In this document: positions 33,835 to 44,082 of the stretch, in pieces
How the letters are laid out: the number at the start of each line of letters is the position of its first letter
Numbering within the stretch: the stretch's first letter is position 1
Origin: Nitrospirota bacterium
GTDB lineage: Bacteria; Nitrospirota; UBA9217
Length of the DNA stretch: 64,000 bases
Reading direction: 5' to 3'
Assembly (NCBI GenBank): GCA_963737155.1
Contig: CAVTRN010000002.1
Span: forward strand, 96,001 to 160,000
Notes under the pieces: model-generated
What the model was told of the DNA's origin: nothing
Database searches by the model: none
Seen by the model: the letters and a program-made list of their open reading frames with translations, nothing else
Program-made: the position numbers and the translations under genes

Positions 33835-34030
33835 CGATATCAATTGGATATTTTATAGGAATGAGGCTGTTGAATACAAGTTCAAACTTTAAATGTTGCA
33901 AAGAATGGAAACTTCAAAAGCTTCAGGAAGTTCTTGTTGCAAGGAGAACCATGTCATAATATCCATGATTCAAACAGAAGATAGCACCTTCTTAATAAAT
34001 CTGATCATCCGGCCTTCACCTACTCTGCAA
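33835..34030 (+). repeat. CACCTAC-family repeat, long left arm (core 34017-34023)
   Basis: TTGGATATTTT..GAATACAAGTT..ATGGAAACT..CAGGAAG..AACCATGTCATAATATCCATGATTCAAACAGAAGATAGCACCTTC..CTTCACCTAC. Confidence 0.8.
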
Positions 34031-34295
34031 TTTCAGCAGGACGCAACAACCAGCGAATATCTGGTTGTAATCTGCGACAACGGACGGGTTTTGTCCATCG
34101 GCCACGCGATGCGTGAACGGAGATGGATTTGTTCGAGGTTTTTAGGCGCTATTCCCATCCGTGTAATATTATTGCCTTCGGAAAGAGAACGTGCAGGCCA
34201 ACTACCCGGCCTGCCCGTGATGTGTTTAAATGATCCTGTCTCGATTCATCAGATGACGTCGGTTGTATCCTTATCCAACCAAAATGCAACCACAC

Positions 34296-34560
34296 TTACG
34301 TCTTGGCGCACCGGAGATCGTTGAGAACGTATCCCCATGTGCCTGTGGAATCATAACTTTCACCCCCAAAGAGCCAGAGGTTGCCACTACTGTCTATCCA
34401 GGAAACGGTTGAATTGCGCCCGTCCGGTATGTTGGTTGTGGCAGCCATAACCTTGGTTCCGCAGGTGCCGGCTTGGTTTCCGAGGTTGGGTCCACTCACC
34501 CAGGTCCAGTTGGTCCCGTCGAACCGCCAAAGATCATTGAGCCACGTACCAATCGCGCCT
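34296..34560 (-). pseudogene. Kelch/galactose-oxidase-type repeat fragment
   Basis: LNDLWRFDGTNWTWVSG...P.GR...WIDSSGNLWLFGG; no plausible start. Confidence 0.6.
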
Positions 34561-34685
34561 ACGGCATCTAAAGCAGCGCCGTCACGAAAACGACGGCGTG
34601 AGGCGCTGCTCCATCTTCCTGGGGTCCGCAGAGCTTCTGAGGCCCGGCAAACATCGTTTTTTGGTCTGCGACACCCTCTAAGGTG

Positions 34686-36380
34686 CTATTTCCCAACGGT
34701 GATGATTTGACTGGGTCCATATTCCGTCGGGACCGTTGGATTGTTCATGAGTGTGAGCGCCCCGGTCGTCTGGTCGATCGTGAACTGAAAGATGGACATA
34801 TTATTGATAGCTGGACCGCACGAGCCGTCGTCGCCACTGGTCGCGTAGGCGTACTTGCCCGAGGCTTCCACCGTGATGACATCGACGCTCGGCAGCGAGA
34901 CCGTGGGCGGAGTCATTGCTGTGAGCGCCCCAGTGTTCTGGTCGATCGTGAACTGAGCGATACCCGGCGGGTCAAGGACCGTCGCATAGGCGAACCTGCC
35001 CAAGGGGTCGACCGTGATGGACGCTGCCCCATAACCCCCCGTGGCCGTGGCGAGGGTGACCGTAGGCGCGGACATGGGTGTGAGCGCTCCAGTGTTCTGG
35101 TCGATATTGTACTGAAAGATGTAGCCGTATTCATAGTCCGCAACGTAGGCATACTTACCCTTGGTGGGTTCGATCGTGATGGCGTAGGGCTCCGAGTAGG
35201 CGGGTCCCGCGGCGACCGACAGCGTGGGCGCGGATGTGAGCGCCCCAGTGTTCTGGTCGATATTGTACTGGGTGATGGAGCCACCATAACCACCATTATT
35301 GGTTGGCACGTAGGCCCACTTGCCCGAGGGGTGGACCGTAATGGAATCGGGATACGACGACCCCGACCCCGCCGCGACGGTGGGCGTGGTCATTGATGTG
35401 AGCGATCCATCCGTGCCGATCGTGTACTGATTGATGTCAAGCCTTTCAATGTTTAGCACGTAGGCCCAGGGGCCCGAGGGGTTGACCACAATGCTGGCAG
35501 GATAGTACAACTGGCCGACAGGCACATTCGGCCCCACCAAGATAGTAGGCGTGGACATGGATGTGAGCGACCCTTCCGCGCCGATCGTGAACTGAGAGAC
35601 GGTCTCACTTATTTGGTTCGATACGTAGCTATACTTACCCAGGGGGTCAACCGCGATGTTTCGGGGATCGTTCCCTCCTGTAGTGACCGAGGGCGTGAAC
35701 ATGGGGGTGAGCGCTCCATTCGGGCCGATCCAGTACTGAGAGACGCTGCCTCCATAACCGCACTGATTGTTTGCCGAGTAGGCATAGCCCCCTTCCCAGA
35801 ATGCATACAGGGTGCCATTTGTTGCGCTCTTCGTGAAGGTCTGCCCCGGCGCATAGATTATTCCGGATCCGTCGGCCGTCGTCTGCCATCCCACGAAGGT
35901 ATATCCGGTATATACGAGACTGCCTGAATTCCCGAGCACTGTGACGGTCTCCCCAGTCACATAGGAGTTCGAGTCAATCGGGACGCTGCCGCTGGTGGCG
36001 CCGTTGCCGTTATAAGTCACGGCATTGCCACCGGTGCCGTTTGCGGTCCATATCGCGTACAGTGTAACATTGGCCGTACCCATCGTGACGCTCGACATAG
36101 AGGTCGTGCCGTTAGCCAGCGTGTTCCAACCCGAAAAGGTATACCCGGTTTTCACGAGGATGCCCGGATTCCCGAGCACCGTGACCATCTGCCCCTGCGA
36201 ATAGTTATTTGGGTCGCTCGGGACGCTGCCGCCGGTAGCCCCGTTACCGTTATAAGTCACGGTGTACGTGGTGGAAGTTGGGCTTGTACTGCCACCACCT
36301 CCTCCACCACCGCAGGCAGCCGCTATCAATGATAAACACAAGACTAAGGCCACAAAAATACCGATATGTCTCTTTTCCAT
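34686..36380 (-). CDS. Lipoprotein with InlB B-repeat-like domains and a lactonase-type beta-propeller
   Basis: Lipobox IAAC-GGGG; two YNGNGAT.G..P...GYTF.GW repeats; repeated P.SI.V.P.GK.AYV / QY.IDQ.TGALT blades. Confidence 0.82.
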   Translation of the reverse strand: MEKRHIGIFVALVLCLSLIAAACGGGGGGGSTSPTSTTYTVTYNGNGATGGSVPSDPNNYSQGQMVTVLGNPGILVKTGYTFSGWNTLANGTTSMSSVTMGTANVTLYAIWTANGTGGNAVTYNGNGATSGSVPIDSNSYVTGETVTVLGNSGSLVYTGYTFVGWQTTADGSGIIYAPGQTFTKSATNGTLYAFWEGGYAYSANNQCGYGGSVSQYWIGPNGALTPMFTPSVTTGGNDPRNIAVDPLGKYSYVSNQISETVSQFTIGAEGSLTSMSTPTILVGPNVPVGQLYYPASIVVNPSGPWAYVLNIERLDINQYTIGTDGSLTSMTTPTVAAGSGSSYPDSITVHPSGKWAYVPTNNGGYGGSITQYNIDQNTGALTSAPTLSVAAGPAYSEPYAITIEPTKGKYAYVADYEYGYIFQYNIDQNTGALTPMSAPTVTLATATGGYGAASITVDPLGRFAYATVLDPPGIAQFTIDQNTGALTAMTPPTVSLPSVDVITVEASGKYAYATSGDDGSCGPAINNMSIFQFTIDQTTGALTLMNNPTVPTEYGPSQIITVGK

Positions 36381-36754
36381 AATAACTACCCCCTTTCTTT
36401 ATGAGACAAAGCCGAATTGAGAATTCCCTTGTTTCTCTCTTGAAAAAAAATGTTGCGATATGTTAAATTGACAAAGTGTTAGTTTTCTGTTGAAATCAAC
36501 ACTTTTACCGAAGAGCTCATCGCGGCAAAATACATATAAAAGGTGCACTACTTACTTCACTGATGTTTACGCTAATTTATCAAATGATTGAAAGAGGGGC
36601 TCCTCAGCAGAATCTGTTGATAATAAAATAAGCATTTAAGGAAAAGTCTCGCATTCCGGCATAGCCATTATGCTAATTTTGATATATATGGGTAGAGCAT
36701 GGGGTTAGACTTCCCCATTAAAGTATAAGAAATATTTTTTTCAAGATTACCCAA

Positions 36755-36900
36755 AATAGAAACCTCCTGCTAAAAATTAGTTTATACGGGAACTAAATTC
36801 AAGCGTCAGGAGGTTTCTATGAACTGTATTGATGATAGCAGACTTGAGCAGCTTCTTCAACTGAAGAAAGAGATTCGTGGTTCAGATCAGGATTTGATTG
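36755..36900 (+). pseudogene. Left end and N-terminal fragment of an IS110-like transposase
   Basis: Hairpin ATAGAAACCTCCTG...CAGGAGGTTTCTAT covering the RBS, then MNCIDDSRLEQLLQLKKEIRGSDQDLI, which resembles deltaproteobacterial IS110 N-termini (from memory). Confidence 0.5.
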
Positions 36901-37324
36901 TTTCTTACAATGCAGATGATATATCTCACTGTGACATTTATTAGCCTAATCGACAGTGGTGATATCTTTCAATCACGCGTAATTACAGAACAAATACGGA
37001 TTTATTATCTAATAAATATCCACAGATTCAGCGTAGGAGGCGAAAGAGGTTACTCAGCCTATGGGTAATTGTAAATACCCCTGTCAGGGTATTTTTAGGG
37101 TATGCTTATCTCGTCACTTCATCACAATCAACTACTTATGGAGGACACAGTTGATTTTTTTGATGATTCAAATGGTCTATTTCAGAAATCGGTGAAGGTC
37201 CTGCCTTATTTGACATCCCGAAAAGGAATGCAACTGATCACAGGGAGAGGAAGTCAATCCTTGACTATTAGATTGAAGAATACGACATGATAAGTGCAAT
37301 TTCCAATAAGTGCAACTGTTACCA

Positions 37325-37428
37325 GCTCCAGGAAGTTGATGATGAGAGAAAACTTTACCACGAAATGCAATGATTCAAAATGAATTCTGCACCTCCGTTA
37401 ATTTTATGCAAAACTCAACTCCACCTAA
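37325..37428 (+). repeat. CACCTAC-family repeat, left arm plus degenerate core (37422-37428)
   Basis: CAGGAAG..AACTTTACCACGAAATGCAATGATTCAAAATGAATTCTGCACCTCCG..TTATGCAAAACTCAACTCCACCTA. Confidence 0.82.
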
Positions 37429-37654
37429 ACACGTCCTAAATTTATGAGATTAAAGGAAACTGCGCCTATTTGCAAGAGGTTAAGGAATTGGCGGTAAAGA
37501 TATGCGTCCGGGGCAGTCATGCAACTCTTGCCGTGAGTATTGCTGAAACAAAAACAGGCACCTGCTTAGCGAAAGGAACCATCATCCAGCAAGAAAAAGA
37601 ACACAAGAATTGAAATTACTATCTTTTGGATAAAGTCTTTCATTCTATTGACCT

Positions 37655-38128
37655 CTAACGGGTAGGAGCAAGGGCCTTAATCGCGTCCTTAAATTCCTTG
37701 ATAAGGCCGCCGGCACCGTGAGCAGCATCAATCAATGAACCAAGTACTGCGTCTACAGCTTCCAGGACCGATCGGAAACCTGTACGGACCGTAAGCTGAC
37801 CTTGCCAGCGACGCCATGACTTCGAAACTCTTGCCAATACAGCGTACTTGAATCTCACAGCGGAGCCAACAAGCCCGTGATGTTTCAATTGCGATTCGGG
37901 AATCTTTGTTATCTTTACTTTAAGGTACTCCGCCGCTGGCAAGACATCATCCCGTAACGTCTTCTCAGCCAGTGATATTAATTGCGCGTCATCCCTCCAT
38001 AGCCTCACGGTGAAATCTTTAGACTTGACCAATAGGGTCAGCAACTCAACAGTTTCGTCAACAAAGAGGACTAGCGTATCCCTCTGCGGGTCTTGGACTT
38101 GGCCAATCTTCACGAAGAAGCGAGACAT
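37655..38128 (-). CDS. Hypothetical protein
   Basis: 157-aa ORF with a GGGGG RBS; no family recognised. Confidence 0.55.
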   Translation of the reverse strand: MSRFFVKIGQVQDPQRDTLVLFVDETVELLTLLVKSKDFTVRLWRDDAQLISLAEKTLRDDVLPAAEYLKVKITKIPESQLKHHGLVGSAVRFKYAVLARVSKSWRRWQGQLTVRTGFRSVLEAVDAVLGSLIDAAHGAGGLIKEFKDAIKALAPTR

Positions 38129-38585
38129 ACATACCCCCTGACAACCGAGGATAAATTACTTTGCCTGCTTTCTTAAATATGTTACAAACATTGGGTGTCT
38201 TTTTATGTAATTTTAAAAGCGGCTTACTGTCAATTTCGTGCATTCTGGCAAGGGTCTCGAATTGTTTGCGAATAAGCGTCAAAGCTTCAATGATATCGCC
38301 TTGCATGAATAGGTCGTTTATCAAGTAATGAGTACGAATGAAAGATGTAGAAAGGATTATTTGATAGGAAGTCTTTTCAGTCGTGTTGTTGATTTTATTA
38401 GATGCTTGCTCTTGAGCTATTTTAGCCATGAGGCCATCAATAAATATTCGAAGTGTATTTTCGCCTTCTTTTTCCTGGGTTTTATAGTATTGACGAGTTT
38501 TCTCACGAGCCTCAAGACATTTGCCTTGATACTCACATGCGTTTTTCATTAGTTCTTCGATTATTTCTTGTGTGATATTCGTCAT
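38058..38585 (-). pseudogene. Cassette-type hypothetical protein, 3' truncated
   Basis: ATG 10 bp after the attC R' box; AT-rich coding ends abruptly near 38140 and runs into the next gene's leader. Confidence 0.5.
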
Positions 38586-38595
38586 TGGTTTTCGT

Positions 38596-38655
38596 TTATA
38601 ACGAGCGCGTGACGCGCCGCTTTCTGGCGTGTCGCCGTCCACGCACAGGTTGGAC
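38596..38655 (-). other. Integron attC recombination site
   Basis: Minus strand R'' GTCCAAC, L'' GCGTGGAC pairing with L' GTCACGC around one extra-helical G, R' GTTATAA; 60 bp, between two co-oriented ORFs. Confidence 0.75.
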
Positions 38656-38731
38656 TCCCTAAGTCCAATCAACATTATTTTGTCGGCAGCTAGTGTGCCC
38701 CCATGATGACTATAGGGACAGTTTCTGTCAC

Positions 38732-39721
38732 TTAATCATTAGTCAAGCTATAGTAATTCATTTGACCGGTATGAATTATTCCCGCCTTTACTTTTTCCTC
38801 GAAGTCGTGTCTGTCCTCGATAAAAGAATTTTCAACATGCTTTGTAAAATAAACGTAATAATCATATTTATAGTTCAGACCGTCAAGAAATAAAGTGGCT
38901 TCTTTAATGGGATTGATGATATGTACATCAAGGCTTTTGTCGATCTTGTTTTTTGTATCTTGAATAAACTTTGTTGAGACATTAATTTCAGCCATGAATT
39001 TTAAAGGTTCAATTTTTAAGTCAGGGGAAAATTTAAACAAGATGTCACCTTGTTCTTTAATCTTGATCAGTGATTGAACAAGCTTATATTTATTATAAAT
39101 AAAAATATTTTTCCATTCGATAGTTGTCTTCTCTTTCCTCTTCAGGATAATATTGACTTCGAATTCTTCTGCATCTCGGTTCATCGCTGCATATTTATTA
39201 AAGTCCCTATTAAATTCTACTATTAACCTCTGAAGCTTTAGATAATTGCTCGTCGGGACAGCATTAAAAATACCCTTCTCTAGATTGGGCAATTTGGGAT
39301 CGGCTGAAAAGAAGTGATCTATTGTATCCTGCTCATCAGCCATCCCGATTGGACCAATGAGCGGAGTGCATTCGTCATATTTATGGAGCAAAGACGTGTC
39401 AATATAATACCGCCTATATTTCTCAATTGACGGCTCTTCTTGAATTCCTCTTGTAGAAATTGAATTAGGCTGATTTGTAAGGATTTTGTTATGTTCGAAT
39501 GCTAAATATCTAAGATAATTTGTTATGTACTCTGTTAGGAAATCTCTTGCGTTGTTTAAAATGAGAAGTTGTTCTCCACTATGAATATCAGCTGCACTTT
39601 TCGTTACGGACTCATTCAGTTGGTAGACACCGTAGCTGAGGATTATCATTACGATTGTCAGAACCATTGGAATAATTTCCTTCCAATATGTCTTCAATTT
39701 TTCCATAAACTGCAAAGTCAT
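38732..39721 (-). CDS. Hypothetical membrane-anchored protein (AT-rich, cassette-like)
   Basis: Single N-terminal TM helix; followed by attC. Confidence 0.6.
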   Translation of the reverse strand: MTLQFMEKLKTYWKEIIPMVLTIVMIILSYGVYQLNESVTKSAADIHSGEQLLILNNARDFLTEYITNYLRYLAFEHNKILTNQPNSISTRGIQEEPSIEKYRRYYIDTSLLHKYDECTPLIGPIGMADEQDTIDHFFSADPKLPNLEKGIFNAVPTSNYLKLQRLIVEFNRDFNKYAAMNRDAEEFEVNIILKRKEKTTIEWKNIFIYNKYKLVQSLIKIKEQGDILFKFSPDLKIEPLKFMAEINVSTKFIQDTKNKIDKSLDVHIINPIKEATLFLDGLNYKYDYYVYFTKHVENSFIEDRHDFEEKVKAGIIHTGQMNYYSLTND

Positions 39722-39792
39722 TTCCGTATCCCCATAATGCTCAAGCAAGAATTGATTTATTTTTCGATGTAAAGTAATCCCGTTGGGTTCCG

Positions 39793-40575
39793 CTATGCTT
39801 TACCCGACCTACCGATTTTAGCGGTCATCTTTTTTTCAAGCTCATCTCTTAACGCACCGAAATGAGCCTCGCGATGATGCTCGGCGCAAAGGGCGATCAC
39901 ATTAGTTATTCGATCTGCGCCATCATTGGCCAACGAAATAATATGATGTGTTTCCAGATAAATAGTTCCATCGGGGCGAGCAAATCCGTGTTTGCCGCAC
40001 AACTCACATAGTCCTTTAGCCCGCGCCTCAACTGTTCTCCTAACTTGGGGATCTCTCGCATATCTGGTCCCTGAAATTAATTCCTTCTCAGGCCTGTCAG
40101 ATCCTAAGTCATTAACGGCATCCTGATCTTGTAGAAAGGGTGCTTCGGTAAGCTGCTGATATAGTTGGCTCTCTGGAATTCTTCTTTTTACTTCTGCCCA
40201 CGCCGCGTGATTGCCATAGCCCTCAAGCGCAATAAGGGCTTTATCTATAGCTGCAAAATCAGCATCTATGAAGATATGGGCAAGAGAGCGTTTGATAACT
40301 GCTTCTCTAACTCCCGCTGGAGTACCTTTCACCCATGCTTTAGGATTGATCTTACCAGATGCAGCACGAACGGCAACCAAAGCCAGAACTGGAGTTTTCG
40401 CAAGTGATGCAGCCGCATCTAGCAGGTCACAAACCTGAGCTATTGCGCGCGCATTTTTATTTGGAAGCCCAAGTTCCTTTGCTGCCGTCTGATATGTCAG
40501 AAGCCTATGGGTTGGATATGCATCGCGAATAATTGAAAGAAGACGATGGGCTAACTGATGTTGGATTAAGCTCAT
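39793..40575 (-). CDS. HNH endonuclease
   Basis: RDPQVR...CELC...YLETHHII.L..DG.D...NVIALC.EHH.E.H. Confidence 0.88.
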   Translation of the reverse strand: MSLIQHQLAHRLLSIIRDAYPTHRLLTYQTAAKELGLPNKNARAIAQVCDLLDAAASLAKTPVLALVAVRAASGKINPKAWVKGTPAGVREAVIKRSLAHIFIDADFAAIDKALIALEGYGNHAAWAEVKRRIPESQLYQQLTEAPFLQDQDAVNDLGSDRPEKELISGTRYARDPQVRRTVEARAKGLCELCGKHGFARPDGTIYLETHHIISLANDGADRITNVIALCAEHHREAHFGALRDELEKKMTAKIGRSGKA

Positions 40576-40610
40576 GTTTGATTTCCACGATAAGTCATAT
40601 CAAAACTCTT

Positions 40611-40688
40611 CGGAATTAACCAGGGGATGACTAGCCCCCCTCGTTAATTCCGAAAATCCGGTATTGGCGAGCCCCCTAGATAATACCG
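40611..40688. repeat. Two adjacent hairpins (REP-like)
   Basis: CGGAATTAAC-..GGGG..CCCC..-GTTAATTCCG and CGGTATT...AATACCG. Confidence 0.5.
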
Positions 40689-40747
40689 AATTTGTGATGT
40701 TATCTAGTTTAGCAATGATTATGCCAGGTCAATTTACGGTCAAAATG

Positions 40748-40776
40748 ACTATATGCCTGATCAAATAAGATGTCAA
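40748..40776 (-). promoter_or_regulatory. Sigma70-like promoter upstream of the HNH gene
   Basis: TTGACA-17-TATAGT; related to 7936-7964. Confidence 0.55.
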
Positions 40777-40869
40777 TAAGAACGGGGGATCGATTACGAT
40801 GGGGATGATCACGATGAGATCTATTAAGGGGCTGTCAACAAATACGGAATGAAGTTGATACTGTTTCAA

Positions 40870-41090
40870 TAAATGGAAACTCCAACACTCCAGGAAGCAG
40901 TCGTTGACGGATAACTTTATCACAAAATGCTATGATACACATTGATTTCTGCACCTTCGCTAAAATTATACGAAACTCGACTTCACCTACAATCACGCAA
41001 TGCCAATGTTTTGACGATGGCAAGGGATTCTGGGTGTATCCTGCAAGCAGAAATATCCACCTTTGGGTGGATCCATTTTTGGGGAACCCT
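40870..41090 (+). repeat. CACCTAC-family repeat, full copy (core 40984-40990)
   Basis: Aligns with 45118-45340 on both sides of the core. Confidence 0.9.
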
Positions 41091-41508
41091 CACTGTGACA
41101 TACTTGTAATATTCACACCTCCTCGTTCGAGGGGGTAGTAATAATGAATTATTATAATACCTCGCAAAATATTTCATCCATACGAAACTACAATTCATTA
41201 TATTACCTAACTGGTTTAATAACCTCATGATTACGTGAACAAGAAGAGTGGAACCGTAAAAATGGAACCGTAAAAAAGGAATGTTGTAAGGCTTTGATCA
41301 TCGAAGAGGGAAATATATTATGGTAGACGAAATTGTCTGGGAGAAAAGTCTCAAAAATGCCTTGGACCTTTCAAGACAGGAAAGCAAACTTGTGCTTGCT
41401 GCTTTTTTCGGCTCGACCTGCGAAGCATGCATTAAAATGAAAACATGCACGTTAATCACTCAACGTGTTCAGGACTATATAAAATTACATTTTATCCCAA
41501 TTAAATAT

Positions 41509-43392
41509 GATGGTCTCGTAATAAGTCGATAGTCGTGATTCAGCTAAAATAAGTCATGTGAAACATCATATAACCATTGCAGCACAAGGGGTTTTGTGAT
41601 ACACAATAGCATCACAATTCGCAATCAAGGAGCCAGAATGATCCACATCAAGGATCACAAAACCCCCGACATGTTCGACCCCTTTCCTTTTCTGGGACCC
41701 AAACGCAAACAGCGCATCGAGGAGTCCTGGGCAAAGGTTTTTCGAGAGCACATTCTTCCCACGTTGCCGGTAGAGAAGATCTTTTCCAAATACGATCCGG
41801 TTTTCGGAGCACCGACCAAGGAACTCTATGCCATGATCGGTCTCATGGTCATCCAACAGATGCACAACCTGACCGACGAGGAAGCCGTGGACCAGTTTGC
41901 CTACAATCTCCAATGGCAATACGCCCTGAATATCACCAGGACGGACGATGCCGCCGCTTATGTCAGCCCCAAGACCCTCTGGAACATGCGCGATCTTCTG
42001 ATCGAACGGAACCTCTACCAGGCTATTTTTGAAGAAGTCGCGACGAAGCTTGCCGAGGTGTTCAAAGTCGATGTCGCCAAGCAGCGTTTCGACTCGGTCC
42101 ATATCTTCTCCAATATGCGACACCTGGGCCGGCTCGGCTTGTTCGTAAAGACCATCAAGAAGTTCCTGGTGAACCTCAAGCGCCACCATAAAGACCTCTA
42201 CGAATCATTAGAGACAACTATCACCGACCGGTACATGACCAAACAGGGTGAGGCCGTTTTCTCCATGGTGAAACCCTCGGAATCGATAAATACGCTCGCA
42301 ACGCTGGCCAACGACGTGTTCAGTCTGGTGGAGCAGTTCGCGGGAAATGAGCCCGTTACCACCATGAATACCTATCAGCTCCTTGCCCGGCTGCTTAAAG
42401 AGCAATGCATCGTGGAGCGCGTTGATACGCATACAACCCAGGTCTCGGTCAAAGCCAACAAGGACGTTCCTTCCGATTCCCTGCAAAACCCTTCCGACCC
42501 CGACGCCGGGTATGACGGTCATAAAGGCAAGGGCTACCAGGTGCAGGTTGCCGAAAGCTACAGTACTTCCGAGGATACCAACACCCTGAACTTGATCACC
42601 AGCGTGATCGTAGAACCTGCCCACAAGAGCGATGCCCATGCCCTGGTCCCGCTCATCGAATCCACCACGGAGCTTGGGCTGAAGCCTGAAGAAATTGCTG
42701 CCGACTCACTCTACGGTAGCGATGAAAACTGCGAGAAGGCAAAGACCTTGGGAATCGAGGTCGTTTCTCCGGTTATGGGCAAACTTGACGAAAACAGCGT
42801 GCCGCTCACGGCATTCACCATGAACAGCGAAAACGAAATCACTTTCTGCCCCGAGGGATGCGCTCCGGAGAAAACCCGGAGCAAAGACAACAACCACACT
42901 GCGCTCTTCTCAAAGAAAACGTGCCGCAGTTGTTCCCGGAAGAAAACGTGTCCGACAATGCCCGGTAAAAAAGGTCGCTATCTTCGGTACGACGATAAAG
43001 CAATCCGGCTGGCACAGCGGCGGGCTCAGGAAGACACTCCCGAGTTCCGGGATAGGTACCGCTTCCGGGCAGGGGTCGAAGGAACCATGTCTCAGCTTGA
43101 CCGATTGACCGGGGTCAAGAACCTCCGCGTCCGAGGATTGTCCGCAGTGAGCTTCGCCGCGTACCTGAAGGCGGCGGGAATCAACATTATCCGGGCGGCG
43201 GCGTTCCGCAAGCGAGAAATCGAAGGGGAACCAGTGCCTAGAGCCGCCCTTTCGATTCTATCTTGTGCTGTCAAAGAACGTTTACAGCTTGTTTCAGATA
43301 CAATCAGGCGTTGGGGTTATTTCCAACGGCTGGATATCCGGCTTGCGGCGTGATAAGCCGCAATACGATAATTTACTTCTTACGAATCCATC
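41509..43392 (+). mobile_element. IS1182-like insertion sequence
   Basis: IRs GATGGTCTCGTAATAAGT / ACTTCTTACGAATCCATC; 6-bp TSD AAATAT at 41503-41508 and 43393-43398. Confidence 0.9.
41638..43353 (+). CDS. DDE transposase (IS1182/IS5-like)
   Basis: G.P.KEL N-terminal domain, QRFDSVH, SDPDAGY, ADSLYG, Y..RAGVEG.MS. Confidence 0.88.
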   Translation: MIHIKDHKTPDMFDPFPFLGPKRKQRIEESWAKVFREHILPTLPVEKIFSKYDPVFGAPTKELYAMIGLMVIQQMHNLTDEEAVDQFAYNLQWQYALNITRTDDAAAYVSPKTLWNMRDLLIERNLYQAIFEEVATKLAEVFKVDVAKQRFDSVHIFSNMRHLGRLGLFVKTIKKFLVNLKRHHKDLYESLETTITDRYMTKQGEAVFSMVKPSESINTLATLANDVFSLVEQFAGNEPVTTMNTYQLLARLLKEQCIVERVDTHTTQVSVKANKDVPSDSLQNPSDPDAGYDGHKGKGYQVQVAESYSTSEDTNTLNLITSVIVEPAHKSDAHALVPLIESTTELGLKPEEIAADSLYGSDENCEKAKTLGIEVVSPVMGKLDENSVPLTAFTMNSENEITFCPEGCAPEKTRSKDNNHTALFSKKTCRSCSRKKTCPTMPGKKGRYLRYDDKAIRLAQRRAQEDTPEFRDRYRFRAGVEGTMSQLDRLTGVKNLRVRGLSAVSFAAYLKAAGINIIRAAAFRKREIEGEPVPRAALSILSCAVKERLQLVSDTIRRWGYFQRLDIRLAA

Positions 43393-44082
43393 AAATATGA
43401 ATCGGGCGCAGATTCAGATCAGTTTATGAGATTTTGTGTAACGGCGAAACCCGCTGTAATTGTGCTTGATTCTGAAGGTAATGAAATATTCAGAAAGATA
43501 GGATATTTTGAGCCTGATGTAATTATAAAAAAACTCGAAATGGCAAGAAAAAAGGCTGCCCATAGAGCAGCAAAGGTCATGCATATTATAAATAGAAGTG
43601 TAAATTAGGGGACGTCAGTTTTTTTGAGAAAATAGATATCGCAAAGAAACAACGATGGGACTTCCATCACGAAATATTGAAGTCTAACCGAGCCCGACAA
43701 TCATATGGACCACCTACTTGTATTCGTTTTTAATTTCGTAGTGTAAGCAGAATATCTGCCCACTATGCTTTATGCGAAGAGTACAGGATGGTCATCAGAC
43801 TACAAGTTACAGACGACGTCCTTCGACTCATCCAAAGCTAGGATCTCTTTGCAGAGCACCTCAATTGTCGTAAAGTATCTCAGGTTTCTGTTGAATGACA
43901 ATCGCACAATATCTCCAGTATGCAGTACTAATGGACACTTTCTTTTCCGGCTTCCTTGACATACCGTTCAATCAGTGTCAGACTTTAGTTATCTCTCCCA
44001 CAGTAGCATCTTCGCATCCAACTCGATCAGCATCCCCTTAAATTTACGAAGACTTCCGGTGGGTAGCGATGGGAGGTATAAA

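Larger units (their letters stand above)
41320..43608 (+). pseudogene. Thioredoxin-family protein interrupted by an IS
   Basis: Removing the IS and one TSD restores the frame: IVWEKSL...TCEACIKM...PIKY|ESGADSDQFMRFCVTAKPAVIVLD.EGNEI.R..GY. Confidence 0.85.

Noticed and set aside
34750-35720. DNA-level repeats inside the lipoprotein gene
   Set aside because: Explained by beta-propeller blade repeats.
40835-41023. Small ORFs overlapping the repeats (e.g. IVGEVEFRII; also 9887-10087, 18458-18640, 33893-34324)
   Set aside because: The reading frame is not preserved among copies, so conservation is at the DNA level.
41249-41277. Tandem duplication of TGGAACCGTAAAAA
   Set aside because: Only two copies; most simply a local slippage event.
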